Below are positions 56,388 through 64,000 of a stretch of 64,000 nt of DNA, piece by piece (positions within the stretch are counted from its first letter, which is position 1; each line of letters starts with the position of its first letter). Position numbers and translations under genes: made by a program. This DNA is from a virus. The DNA lies in the IMG/VR virus record IMGVR_UViG_3300037847_004938, positions 2,627 through 66,626 of that record; one strand, given 5' to 3'. Below the pieces are notes generated by a model. That model saw only the letters and a list, made by a program, of their open reading frames with translations. It ran no database searches and was not told where the DNA came from.

Positions 56388-57992
56388 TTATTTATTTATT
56401 TCTTCTTTTTTTATTCTTTTATTTGAAACAACGCAAGATGTTGTTAAAATAACACCTGCAACTGATGCTGCGTTTAAAACTGCGTTCTTTGTTACTTTGA
56501 ATGGATCTATAATGCCTGCTTTATACATATCTGTAAATTTTTTGTTTTTTACATCATATCCATAATTTAACCTACCTGCCATACAAACTTTATATGCAGG
56601 TTCTGGATTCTCTCCTGAATTTTCAACTATCTTCCTGAATACATCAGAAAGCGCATCAAATACAATATTATAGCCTACCTTGAAAGAATCGGAAGAGCTT
56701 CGAGGGGCTTTTTTGCGATTTTTTTTCTTAGTAGCATTTAACAGAGCTGCTCCTCCACCAGCAACTATACCCTCTTCTAAGGCTGCTTTTGTTGCATGGA
56801 TGGAATCATCAACCCTATCTTTCTTTTCTTTAAGCTCTACATCTGAGTTACCTGCTAATTTTATAGTAGCTACACCTCCAGCTAGTTTTGATAACCTATC
56901 TTTTAGGTGCCACTTATCAGATTTATTCTTTGTAAGCTTTATTTCATTGGTTAGCCATTCAATTGTTTCTAGCTTTTTTGGATTCTCTTCACCTTCAAAC
57001 ACTAAAATTGTCTCATTTATGTCTGAAATCATGGTTTTACACGTTCCAAGGTAGCTAGAATCTATATTTTGTGCTGAATCACCAGATAATTCTGAAATTA
57101 TACGAGCTCCTGTCATCAAACACAGGTCTTCGAGTAATTCAAACCTCTTAATTCCTATTCCTTCTGGTGTGATAAAGTTTGCAGTTAAGTTTTTCTTGTT
57201 AATATTCTGTGTAATAAACAATTTTACCCTATCATCAAGCTCAGATATGATTAAAAGTGGTCTTTTTTGCTTAATTGATGCTTCAAAAGCAAAATGTAGT
57301 CTTTCGTGCATGTCAATTTTAGTATCACTTATTACAATTAGTGGATTTTGAAACTCAACTGTACGTTTTCTTAGATTATTGACAGAAAAAGGAGTGCCGT
57401 AGCCTTTTTTGATACGTGTACCATTAGTAATTTCAGTATAATCTTCGTTTGTGGAGGACTCGTCCATAGTAACTACCCCATCTTTACCTACTTTATTGTA
57501 AGCATCTGCAATCATATTACCTAAATACGTGTCTCCATTTGCTGAAATCGTCGCTACTTCTACCAGACTAGCTTCGGTGACGTCTTTTTTGTTTTTTTCC
57601 AAAATTGACACCACATCTTTTGCAGCTTGTTCTATACCTTCTTTAGCTTGAGTCACATTATCTATCATTTCCACTTCTTCAAAACACCTATCTATGATCG
57701 CTTTTGCTAAAACACACGACGTAGTTGTACCGTCACCAGCTTCTGTCGCCGTTTTTTGGGAGGCTTGACGTAAAATACTAACACCTAAGTTTTCTACAGG
57801 GTCTGATAATACTATACTGTTTGCAACAGTTACTCCGTCTTTAGTTACGTGGGGGGTTCCAAATTGGTCTTCGATAATTACTGTTCTACCAGATGCTCCA
57901 AGAGTGGAGGCTACAGCTTCAGATAATATATCTATACCCTTTTTAAGGTTATAACGGCCTTCAGAACCAAAGGATATGTTCTTTTCTATCAT
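56388..57992 (-). CDS. groEL: Group I chaperonin GroEL (viral type)
   Basis: VTKDGVTVA, AGDGTTT, ATISANGD, KLAGGVA, EEGIVAGGG, GIIDP.KV; no GGM tail. Confidence 0.95.
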   Translation of the reverse strand: MIEKNISFGSEGRYNLKKGIDILSEAVASTLGASGRTVIIEDQFGTPHVTKDGVTVANSIVLSDPVENLGVSILRQASQKTATEAGDGTTTSCVLAKAIIDRCFEEVEMIDNVTQAKEGIEQAAKDVVSILEKNKKDVTEASLVEVATISANGDTYLGNMIADAYNKVGKDGVVTMDESSTNEDYTEITNGTRIKKGYGTPFSVNNLRKRTVEFQNPLIVISDTKIDMHERLHFAFEASIKQKRPLLIISELDDRVKLFITQNINKKNLTANFITPEGIGIKRFELLEDLCLMTGARIISELSGDSAQNIDSSYLGTCKTMISDINETILVFEGEENPKKLETIEWLTNEIKLTKNKSDKWHLKDRLSKLAGGVATIKLAGNSDVELKEKKDRVDDSIHATKAALEEGIVAGGGAALLNATKKKNRKKAPRSSSDSFKVGYNIVFDALSDVFRKIVENSGENPEPAYKVCMAGRLNYGYDVKNKKFTDMYKAGIIDPFKVTKNAVLNAASVAGVILTTSCVVSNKRIKKEEINK

Positions 57993-58151
57993 AAAAAATC
58001 AATTTAATTATATTCTTCTTTTTATTCTTTTTAATATATCTATATATATAATATATTTATGCTTGTCGTTTTTTTACACACCAGAAAATTATGTTCAAAA
58101 AAAGCGCTGTAAGTACCTAACAATCAGTCATTTGTGTTTGACACCTGTTTG

Positions 58152-58298
58152 TCACTTGCTTGTCGCGTCATCTTGTCCAGTTTTTGTTGGAGTAATTGTA
58201 TATATAATCTTGGTGCGTTCTCCAATTTCATACGAACAATTTCTCGCATCAGGGCTAAACTCAACTTGTCCATAGCTATCTGTTGTATAGTTAAACAT
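58152..58298 (-). CDS. Possible 48-aa leaderless ORF (MFNYTTDSYG...)
   Basis: ATG is 4 nt after TATATTTG (58303-58310). Confidence 0.35.
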   Translation of the reverse strand: MFNYTTDSYGQVEFSPDARNCSYEIGERTKIIYTITPTKTGQDDATSK

Positions 58299-58302
58299 AC
58301 TA

Positions 58303-58310
58303 CAAATATA
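58303..58310 (-). promoter_or_regulatory. Bacteroidota -7 promoter element (TATATTTG) at the head of the minus-strand region
   Basis: Matches TAnnTTTG. Confidence 0.5.
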
Positions 58311-58319
58311 GGGAAAAAG

Positions 58320-59185
58320 ATTTAATGTGGCGCATTCCTGTAAATAGTTACACACTAATTATATTAGTTAGATCTATTTTACTTTTTAGGCCACGAGATA
58401 TACCTAGCATTTGGGCAATACTACGTTATACACACATACTATCTTATACAAAACTACTTTTTTTTACCCTACCCCCTATCCGCCACCTTATAGCTTTCTC
58501 AAACTTTTTAGCTTTTTTGTACTCGTTGTAGGCTTTCTCATATCTCATCGAAGCGGACTCGGGGTCAAGCCCCTCGGGGTTTTATATTTTCTCTCTCATT
58601 CACAATCATTCGATAGCCAACCCTATCCCCTTGTTATTATCAAACAAACTATCACCATTGGTCTCGCGTCTTCCATGAATATGGTCAAGTGCCAAGCTTT
58701 GAATCGTTCCGATTCGTGGTGGTTCCTCACCACACTTCCCATTCGAACGCGGTTCGCTTCGCTCGCTTTGCCCTCACTTCGCAATGTACTTTGTGTTAGT
58801 CAACACAAGTTTTGCCTGCCGCAAAACACGCTGACATTGCTTCTCGACTCGCGCAGATATATTCACTTCGTTCATTTCTGCGAGGGAACCTCTGCTCGTC
58901 TCGGTGTATTGCCGCTAAATATATATATACAAGTTTGGCATTCACCCATCACAATCATCAACACAACTGTTACCGTTCATTTGTATTCCGTTCTTTCATA
59001 TATTTTTTATATGTAAACATTTACAATATTCAAATACAAGTTTGTAAATTCTCTAAGTACATTCTCGTATACACTCGAATGCCCTTCGGGTTGGTTCAAA
59101 TTTTTATTCTAAAAATTATGACATCAATACTTGTTCATTTAAAACTTCTATTTGGTCAGCGCCCCATGTTTAATTTAAAAAATAA
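58320..59185. other. Non-coding divergence junction (candidate genome end, packaging or origin region)
   Basis: Transcription polarity switches here; cluster of GC-rich hairpins; + strand becomes C/A-rich downstream. Confidence 0.5.
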
Positions 59186-59189
59186 TTAT

Positions 59190-59816
59190 ATGAAAACTTC
59201 TTACAAATCGGTTCCAGTTGTTTGTTCAATAATTGGTACCAAAACTCGTAAATCTATGTACATCTACAATGTTAAATCATTAAATGGAGATACAGTCTAT
59301 CAAGATAGATATGTACCTGTCAAATGGGGTAACAACGTAACTATTGAATGGGAACGCACAACTGATGAGTTCGTTCAGTTTCCACTATCATTGGCTCGTC
59401 CAATTATGATAATTCCTAAATTCAATGAAATTGGTGTATCAAACATATCACAATCACGTGTCAATGGTAAAGTTCAATCTTACTACGAGATGACTGATAG
59501 ATACATTGTCTACATACCTATGTGGTTATTTCTACCACAGAAAGATGACAATGGTAACAACAAACCAAATACAGGTTTCAAAACTAAATACACTAAAGTG
59601 TTACCTAAAGCAGATGATGATTTATTTATCAATGATGATTCACCTTACACAATTGCTGAAGATATTGCTTACAAATCAGAGCAAGACCTAGCATTTGATT
59701 ACAGACCATCTGCTGACAAAATGTTATCAGGTTTAGAATTCGAAAATGATTCTCTAGCCCAATGGGAAATAGATAATCCAGAGTTTGCTAATGACGATAA
59801 CTTACTGTTTAATTAA
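59190..59816 (+). CDS. Early hypothetical protein (208 aa; start moved to ATG 59190)
   Basis: AT-rich leader before MKTSYK; acidic C-terminus. The upstream part of the listed ORF runs through the hairpin region. Confidence 0.7.
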   Translation: MKTSYKSVPVVCSIIGTKTRKSMYIYNVKSLNGDTVYQDRYVPVKWGNNVTIEWERTTDEFVQFPLSLARPIMIIPKFNEIGVSNISQSRVNGKVQSYYEMTDRYIVYIPMWLFLPQKDDNGNNKPNTGFKTKYTKVLPKADDDLFINDDSPYTIAEDIAYKSEQDLAFDYRPSADKMLSGLEFENDSLAQWEIDNPEFANDDNLLFN

Positions 59817-59948
59817 TTCAACCCTTCGGGTTTATTATTTTATGAATCTTTTGATTCTTTACAAAAAACTATCGAGTAACAAACAGCTTGGGTTTTGATA
59901 GTTTCCCAAGTTTAACCAACCACAGTAGTGGTTCTAAATTTTATTATT

Positions 59949-60254
59949 ATGAGTAAATCATTACAGTCACCCGTAGGCGTGACATTCACAATCAAGATGG
60001 AAACCGATAAGGCTTTCATAGTAGAAGACTTGCAAATTATGGGCAAGCCGTACATCTCAAGTACTAACCTACCTAAAATGTACGTCGACAATATCAAGAC
60101 TGACAAAGACGGTGTTACAACTGCTTCTGTTGAATCTTGGATTATCGAACAGAGATACGATGAATTGTATTCTGAAGACGCTAACATCAATGCTCAAAAA
60201 TTACTGAGCAAAAAGTTTAGTTCTGCCGAGGTCGAGCAATTGCCTTGGGATTAG
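59949..60254 (+). CDS. Early hypothetical protein
   Basis: ATG after a TTATTATT leader; IKMETDKAF motif; ends EQLPWD. Confidence 0.65.
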   Translation: MSKSLQSPVGVTFTIKMETDKAFIVEDLQIMGKPYISSTNLPKMYVDNIKTDKDGVTTASVESWIIEQRYDELYSEDANINAQKLLSKKFSSAEVEQLPWD

Positions 60255-60334
60255 TTAACAAATACGAGTTGAATCTGACTAAGTTTCGTAATTGTAGCAA
60301 CGCGTCGCTACTTCTCGTTTTTATTTTCACAATC

Positions 60335-60508
60335 ATGACAATGTCTAAGTACATCATCAAAAATATGGTTGACAGTCTGACTCAGACTAAAGACGACAAC
60401 GTTGAATCTCTAGCTAAGCTAGATACTTTTGACGAACAAGTAAGAATTGTAAGAAGATTTCTTATAAATCAACGTAAGTTTTATATCAACCGTCAACAGG
60501 ATGATTAG
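60335..60508 (+). CDS. Early hypothetical protein (57 aa)
   Basis: First ATG in the listed ORF; overlaps a TCACAATCA motif. Confidence 0.55.
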   Translation: MTMSKYIIKNMVDSLTQTKDDNVESLAKLDTFDEQVRIVRRFLINQRKFYINRQQDD

Positions 60509-60617
60509 GGACTATGTGCCGATATCATTCTACAGACGTAATGCAAATTATAGCAAATGCATTCGCAAGTGTCACTCGCACCAGGATAATCCATGGTAGG
60601 TTTGACAGCGTCTACTT

Positions 60618-60689
60618 GGCCCTTTCGTCTAATGGTTAGGACGTTACCCTTTCACGGTAAAAATAGTGGTTCGATTCCACTAGGGGCTA
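60618..60689 (+). tRNA. tRNA-Glu (anticodon TTC); CCA not encoded
   Basis: Acceptor GGCCCTT/AGGGGCT, D arm GTCT-AATGGTT-AGGAC, anticodon arm TTACC-CTTTCAC-GGTAA (TTC at 60651-53), T arm AGTGG-TTCGATT-CCACT. Confidence 0.93.
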
Positions 60690-60856
60690 CAATGCGTAAT
60701 AACCTTGAGTTCACATTACGTATAGTCAATGATTTGGACAAGCTAAGAACGGACACGGTAGCTAGCATTAAATCCGTAAAAAGATAGATAACCTAGCGTT
60801 CACTATCACTTGTCCTTATTGTTGCATTTTACTAACAAATTGTTTAAATTTATATT

Positions 60857-61156
60857 ATGAAAACTAAAACACTTCCGACAGGTATCGTTACTACTCAACG
60901 CAAAGTAGGTAAAAAAATTATTATTGACGTCAAACGTCCAAAAACATCAAAGACTGTAACACGCTTACAAAAACTAGTGGTTGGTTTTTTGTTTAGTTTG
61001 GCTTATCTCGGAATATGTGGTTCGACTTATCTCGTCTACATGGACCTCTTTTCAAGAGCTCTTGGGTTGATATTTCTTCCACTATTCCTTGGTAAGATTT
61101 ATGTCATCACAATCATGGGATATCACATGTTTCATGAGTTTAAAAGAAATTGGTAA
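60857..61156 (+). CDS. Early two-TM membrane protein
   Basis: Basic N-terminus followed by two hydrophobic segments. Confidence 0.65.
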   Translation: MKTKTLPTGIVTTQRKVGKKIIIDVKRPKTSKTVTRLQKLVVGFLFSLAYLGICGSTYLVYMDLFSRALGLIFLPLFLGKIYVITIMGYHMFHEFKRNW

Positions 61157-61158
61157 TT

Positions 61159-61383
61159 ATGGAAACATTTATTAAAGAACAGCTTATACATCTAGTCGAC
61201 AAAGTTCTATCGTACAACCGCGACATAGAACAAAAACATTTCGAAGAACAAATGGGTGTCGACCCAATCGACATTGACCGTGTTGAATACGAACGTATAC
61301 TAAACGAATCAAATCATATATTCAAATATATATATGCTCTTGAAAGATTAATCATACAAATAAAAGACAATGAAAACATTTAA
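61159..61383 (+). CDS. Early hypothetical protein
   Basis: ATG lies 2 nt after the upstream stop. Confidence 0.6.
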   Translation: METFIKEQLIHLVDKVLSYNRDIEQKHFEEQMGVDPIDIDRVEYERILNESNHIFKYIYALERLIIQIKDNENI

Positions 61384-61537
61384 ATGTTCAATATGCGAAG
61401 AAGACGTAACAGAGTATGGTAACAATCCACAACCAATTATACTTCAACAAGGTAAACAATGTTGTGACGCATGCAATAACAAGTATGTAATACCAGCTCG
61501 TATGTTTTTACGCGAACTACTAAATAACAAACAATGA
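61370..61537 (+). CDS. 55-aa Zn-finger protein (CSIC...GNNP.P...CCDACN..VIPAR)
   Basis: Translated by hand; motif common in small phage proteins. Confidence 0.75.
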   Translation: MKTFKCSICEEDVTEYGNNPQPIILQQGKQCCDACNNKYVIPARMFLRELLNNKQ

Positions 61538-61570
61538 AACATATTTCTCACTTTACTAAATTAATAATCA

Positions 61571-62707
61571 ATGACATCAAAACACGATACGACAAACATC
61601 GCAGAGCTACTGATGAATCTTGTGCCAATACAAAGCACAAGTTACAAAACAGAGCTAATGCAAAAAGCAATTGACAATTGGCTATATCATAATGACTTAG
61701 GCTACACTAAAGACAAATATGGTAACATATATGTGACCAAAGGTCATGCAGATTTATATCCAACTATGGTATGCCATATTGATACGGTGCACGACATCAA
61801 TAATCACGTAACAGCACATAAGACATCAAGCGACATCATATATGCTATTGACCAATCTACAGGTCAACAATATGGTACAGGTGGAGATGACAAAGTTGGT
61901 ATTGCTATTACAATGACAATGCTAAAACACTTTGACAACTTCAAAGCAGTATTCTTTCTTGACGAGGAGGTTGGTTGTGTTGGTTCATCAAAATGTGATT
62001 CATCATTCTTTGACGACTCAACCATTGTGCTCGAATGTGACAGGCGTGGTAGTTCAGACTTCGTCAACAAAATTGGCTCAACAAGATTATACAGCAAAAA
62101 ATTCAGTAAACTAATTAAACCCATACTAAAAAAATGGGGTCGCTCTGAATGTACAGGTGGTATCACAGACGTTGGCGAAATAGCTAGAGTAAACAAAGTT
62201 ATGACAGCAAATATGTCATGTGGTTATCACAATCCACATTCTAACTCAGAAACAATTGATATCGCACAAGTAATCAATACATACAATTTATGTGTTGACT
62301 TATTCAATCTTACAATCGACAAACGTTATGCATATCAATCATTATCAGATCGTCAAGAGTCATACGGTTACACAGGTCGTATGTACGGTGGTCACTTTCA
62401 CAATCACACACCCCGTATAAATCCTTACTATACTAATGACAAAGAAGAATCAGCAGAACCAATGTACTTTGACGACGACTTATATGAAGTCGACGGATTG
62501 TATGAAGACAATGTGGTTACATCATTGCCAGACGATTGTCCTATGTGTAATCAAACAGAACTTGAATACGATGAAATGACAGGCGAAGTGTGGTGTTATT
62601 CATGCGGTGCATATTTACAAGCAGAAAACTTAAACTCTTTTCAAAATGAACAAAATCAATCAAATAAAAACGACGACAGACAGGGTACTTTCACCTTTGA
62701 GCGTTAA
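61571..62707 (+). CDS. M28/M20-clan Zn peptidase with C-terminal Zn ribbon
   Basis: CHIDTVH, GGDDKVG, DEEVGCVGS, ECDRRG, GYHNPHS; CPMC...CYSC. Confidence 0.85.
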   Translation: MTSKHDTTNIAELLMNLVPIQSTSYKTELMQKAIDNWLYHNDLGYTKDKYGNIYVTKGHADLYPTMVCHIDTVHDINNHVTAHKTSSDIIYAIDQSTGQQYGTGGDDKVGIAITMTMLKHFDNFKAVFFLDEEVGCVGSSKCDSSFFDDSTIVLECDRRGSSDFVNKIGSTRLYSKKFSKLIKPILKKWGRSECTGGITDVGEIARVNKVMTANMSCGYHNPHSNSETIDIAQVINTYNLCVDLFNLTIDKRYAYQSLSDRQESYGYTGRMYGGHFHNHTPRINPYYTNDKEESAEPMYFDDDLYEVDGLYEDNVVTSLPDDCPMCNQTELEYDEMTGEVWCYSCGAYLQAENLNSFQNEQNQSNKNDDRQGTFTFER

Positions 62708-64000
62708 TACATCATTTTTATATCATGTATGGCATAAGTTGTTAAACAACAATGTTAATGGTCTGACCTATACACAAAAAGAATTTATCAAACATATTCT
62801 CAAAACAATAATAATAATCAGACAAGACACTAACCTAGTTGGTATATCAATTGTCGATATACAAATGCATATATCAAACTATATATTCACACTACATTCT
62901 GTAGCAAACTTAAAATTCAATAATATTGCAGAACTATCACGGATAAATAATTTCAATCCCGTTATGGTAAATCCTAAAAGTGGCCAACTACGCATACAAA
63001 AATTCATACGTCTTGCATGCAAATACATCTTAACTGAAAGAGATATCAGAAAAGAAACAAAACATTGGGAGGCAGTATGTGGTAATACAATAAACAACAC
63101 AGATATTGACAGAGGTTTTTGTCGCTATTGGTCTAAAAAAATTCTACTGTTTCAATACAGACTATATGATACTCTATCAAAAAACGCACAACAAATAGTT
63201 CATCTTGCAGAACAAAAACAATACAAACTATCACGTCAAGAAAAAATATGTAATGATTTTTCATTGTATCGTACAAGGTCATCTAGCATATCTATACATG
63301 AAAAACCAATACGTAAAGGAGATGATTACAGTACTGTCATTGGTTATGACTCGCATATGCTAAAATATCTATCATATGCAAATGTTTTCAGTCAACAACC
63401 AAATGTAAACAGATTACTATCAGAATCACTATTACAAGACATTTCAAATGCACTTTACAATGCAAGTAACAACTGTCCAGAAAAAATTAAATCAGACAAA
63501 AAACGATACGCAGAATACAAATTCAACCTAAGACTTATGCATGAATTTGCTTTACACAGTTCCAGAATACCAGCCATGCAAAACCTTGACAGACACTTCA
63601 CAATCAACAAAGACGGTAACATGTCATACACACCTGCAAAGAAACCCACATATCTTACGAGCAATGGTAATTGGTTATCAGGTGCAGACCGCATGATAAC
63701 TAAGTTTGGTAAAGGTGTACGCAAGTTATACGCTACATATCCAGATAAAATAGAAGAAACTATTCTCGAATACATATGTAACCATTTGAAATCAAAACAT
63801 ACATTCATGGCTAAGCTTGAGGTAGTTGAAGGAGAAGAATTACGTCGTTGGTATCATGAAGACACATACAATCGTAGTGTCAATACATCAACACTCGGGT
63901 CATCATGTATGCGTTATCCAAAATGTCAACCTTATCTTGACTTATATGTAGAAAACCCAGACAAAATCAAAATGCTTATTGCACATGATGACGATGGTTT
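62646..64000 (+). CDS. Large early protein with an 'SCMR' domain, 3'-truncated by the window edge
   Basis: The frame from ATG 62646 stays open to the window end (translated by hand); GEELRRWYHE...TLGSSCMRY...YLDLYVENPDKIKML. Confidence 0.7.
   Translation, partial: MNKINQIKTTTDRVLSPLSVNTSFLYHVWHKLLNNNVNGLTYTQKEFIKHILKTIIIIRQDTNLVGISIVDIQMHISNYIFTLHSVANLKFNNIAELSRINNFNPVMVNPKSGQLRIQKFIRLACKYILTERDIRKETKHWEAVCGNTINNTDIDRGFCRYWSKKILLFQYRLYDTLSKNAQQIVHLAEQKQYKLSRQEKICNDFSLYRTRSSSISIHEKPIRKGDDYSTVIGYDSHMLKYLSYANVFSQQPNVNRLLSESLLQDISNALYNASNNCPEKIKSDKKRYAEYKFNLRLMHEFALHSSRIPAMQNLDRHFTINKDGNMSYTPAKKPTYLTSNGNWLSGADRMITKFGKGVRKLYATYPDKIEETILEYICNHLKSKHTFMAKLEVVEGEELRRWYHEDTYNRSVNTSTLGSSCMRYPKCQPYLDLYVENPDKIKMLIAHDDDG

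Larger units (their letters stand above)
867..63606 (+). repeat. Dispersed strand-polarised motif (W)TCACAATCA
   Basis: CACAATCA at 867, 2627, 4138, 5409, 7449, 13553, 16287, 21811, 34824, 40781, 49181, 58601, 58950, 59449, 59987, 60328, 61108, 62399, 63599. The reverse complement was not seen. Confidence 0.8.

Noticed and set aside
8493-57351. Numerous short + strand ORFs opposite late genes (and - strand ORFs opposite + genes)
   Set aside because: Antisense shadows of long genes with Ser/Leu/Phe-rich, non-protein-like composition.
58411-59189. ORF 58411..59016 and the 5' extension of 58812..59816
   Set aside because: Non-ATG starts, atypical composition, and overlap with the hairpin cluster; probably non-coding.
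60692-60735. Theta / HDV-like ribozyme after the tRNA
   Set aside because: A P1-like helix with a G-U first pair exists, but only 14 nt lie inside it, too few for P2, P3 and L3.
60593-60787. 64-aa ORF
   Set aside because: Overlaps the tRNA-Glu and the structured RNA.
867-63606. TCACAATCA as a DnaA box or promoter
   Set aside because: The upstream TTAT of TTATNCACA is not conserved, and many copies lie mid-gene or antisense to late genes.
1-64000. Genome-wide stop-codon reassignment, as in some crAss-like phages
   Set aside because: Long genes are intact in code 11, TAG and TGA end several genes followed by out-of-frame neighbours, and no suppressor tRNA is seen.
1-64000. CRISPR array, integrase, transposase, intron or intein
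   Set aside because: No regularly spaced repeats or relevant motifs; terminase, helicase and capsid genes are uninterrupted.

Overview
A 64 kb segment of an AT-rich lytic dsDNA phage with a crAss-like podovirus virion module. The host is probably Bacteroidota/Flavobacteriia, judging from TAnnTTTG promoter elements, the lack of Shine-Dalgarno sequences, and signal peptides followed by Gln. Bases 1-7.76 kb (+) carry replication and nucleotide-metabolism genes: PD-(D/E)xK exonuclease, SSB-like protein, DnaA domain IV protein, initiator, T7/Twinkle-like primase-helicase, MazG-like protein, phosphoesterase and endonuclease. Bases 7.75-58.3 kb (-) carry late genes: ejection proteins, muzzle and ring proteins, capsid, scaffold, portal, terminase, tail fibres, a lysis/envelope cluster, small basic proteins and GroEL/GroES. 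A hairpin-rich non-coding junction at ~58.0-59.2 kb is followed by (+) early-type genes with a tRNA-Glu. The most notable signals are: (1) a strictly strand-polarised motif (W)TCACAATCA, with 19 core copies found by eye on + and none seen on -, whose density decays away from the junction; (2) a duplicated 'membrane coiled-coil + secreted redox-inactive thioredoxin' module plus a beta-barrel and two unannotated micro-peptides around the holin/endolysin; (3) a promoter- and terminator-bounded small RNA complementary to early-gene start codons; and (4) a muzzle gene split by one in-frame amber codon. All calls come from reading motifs by eye; no database searches were run.
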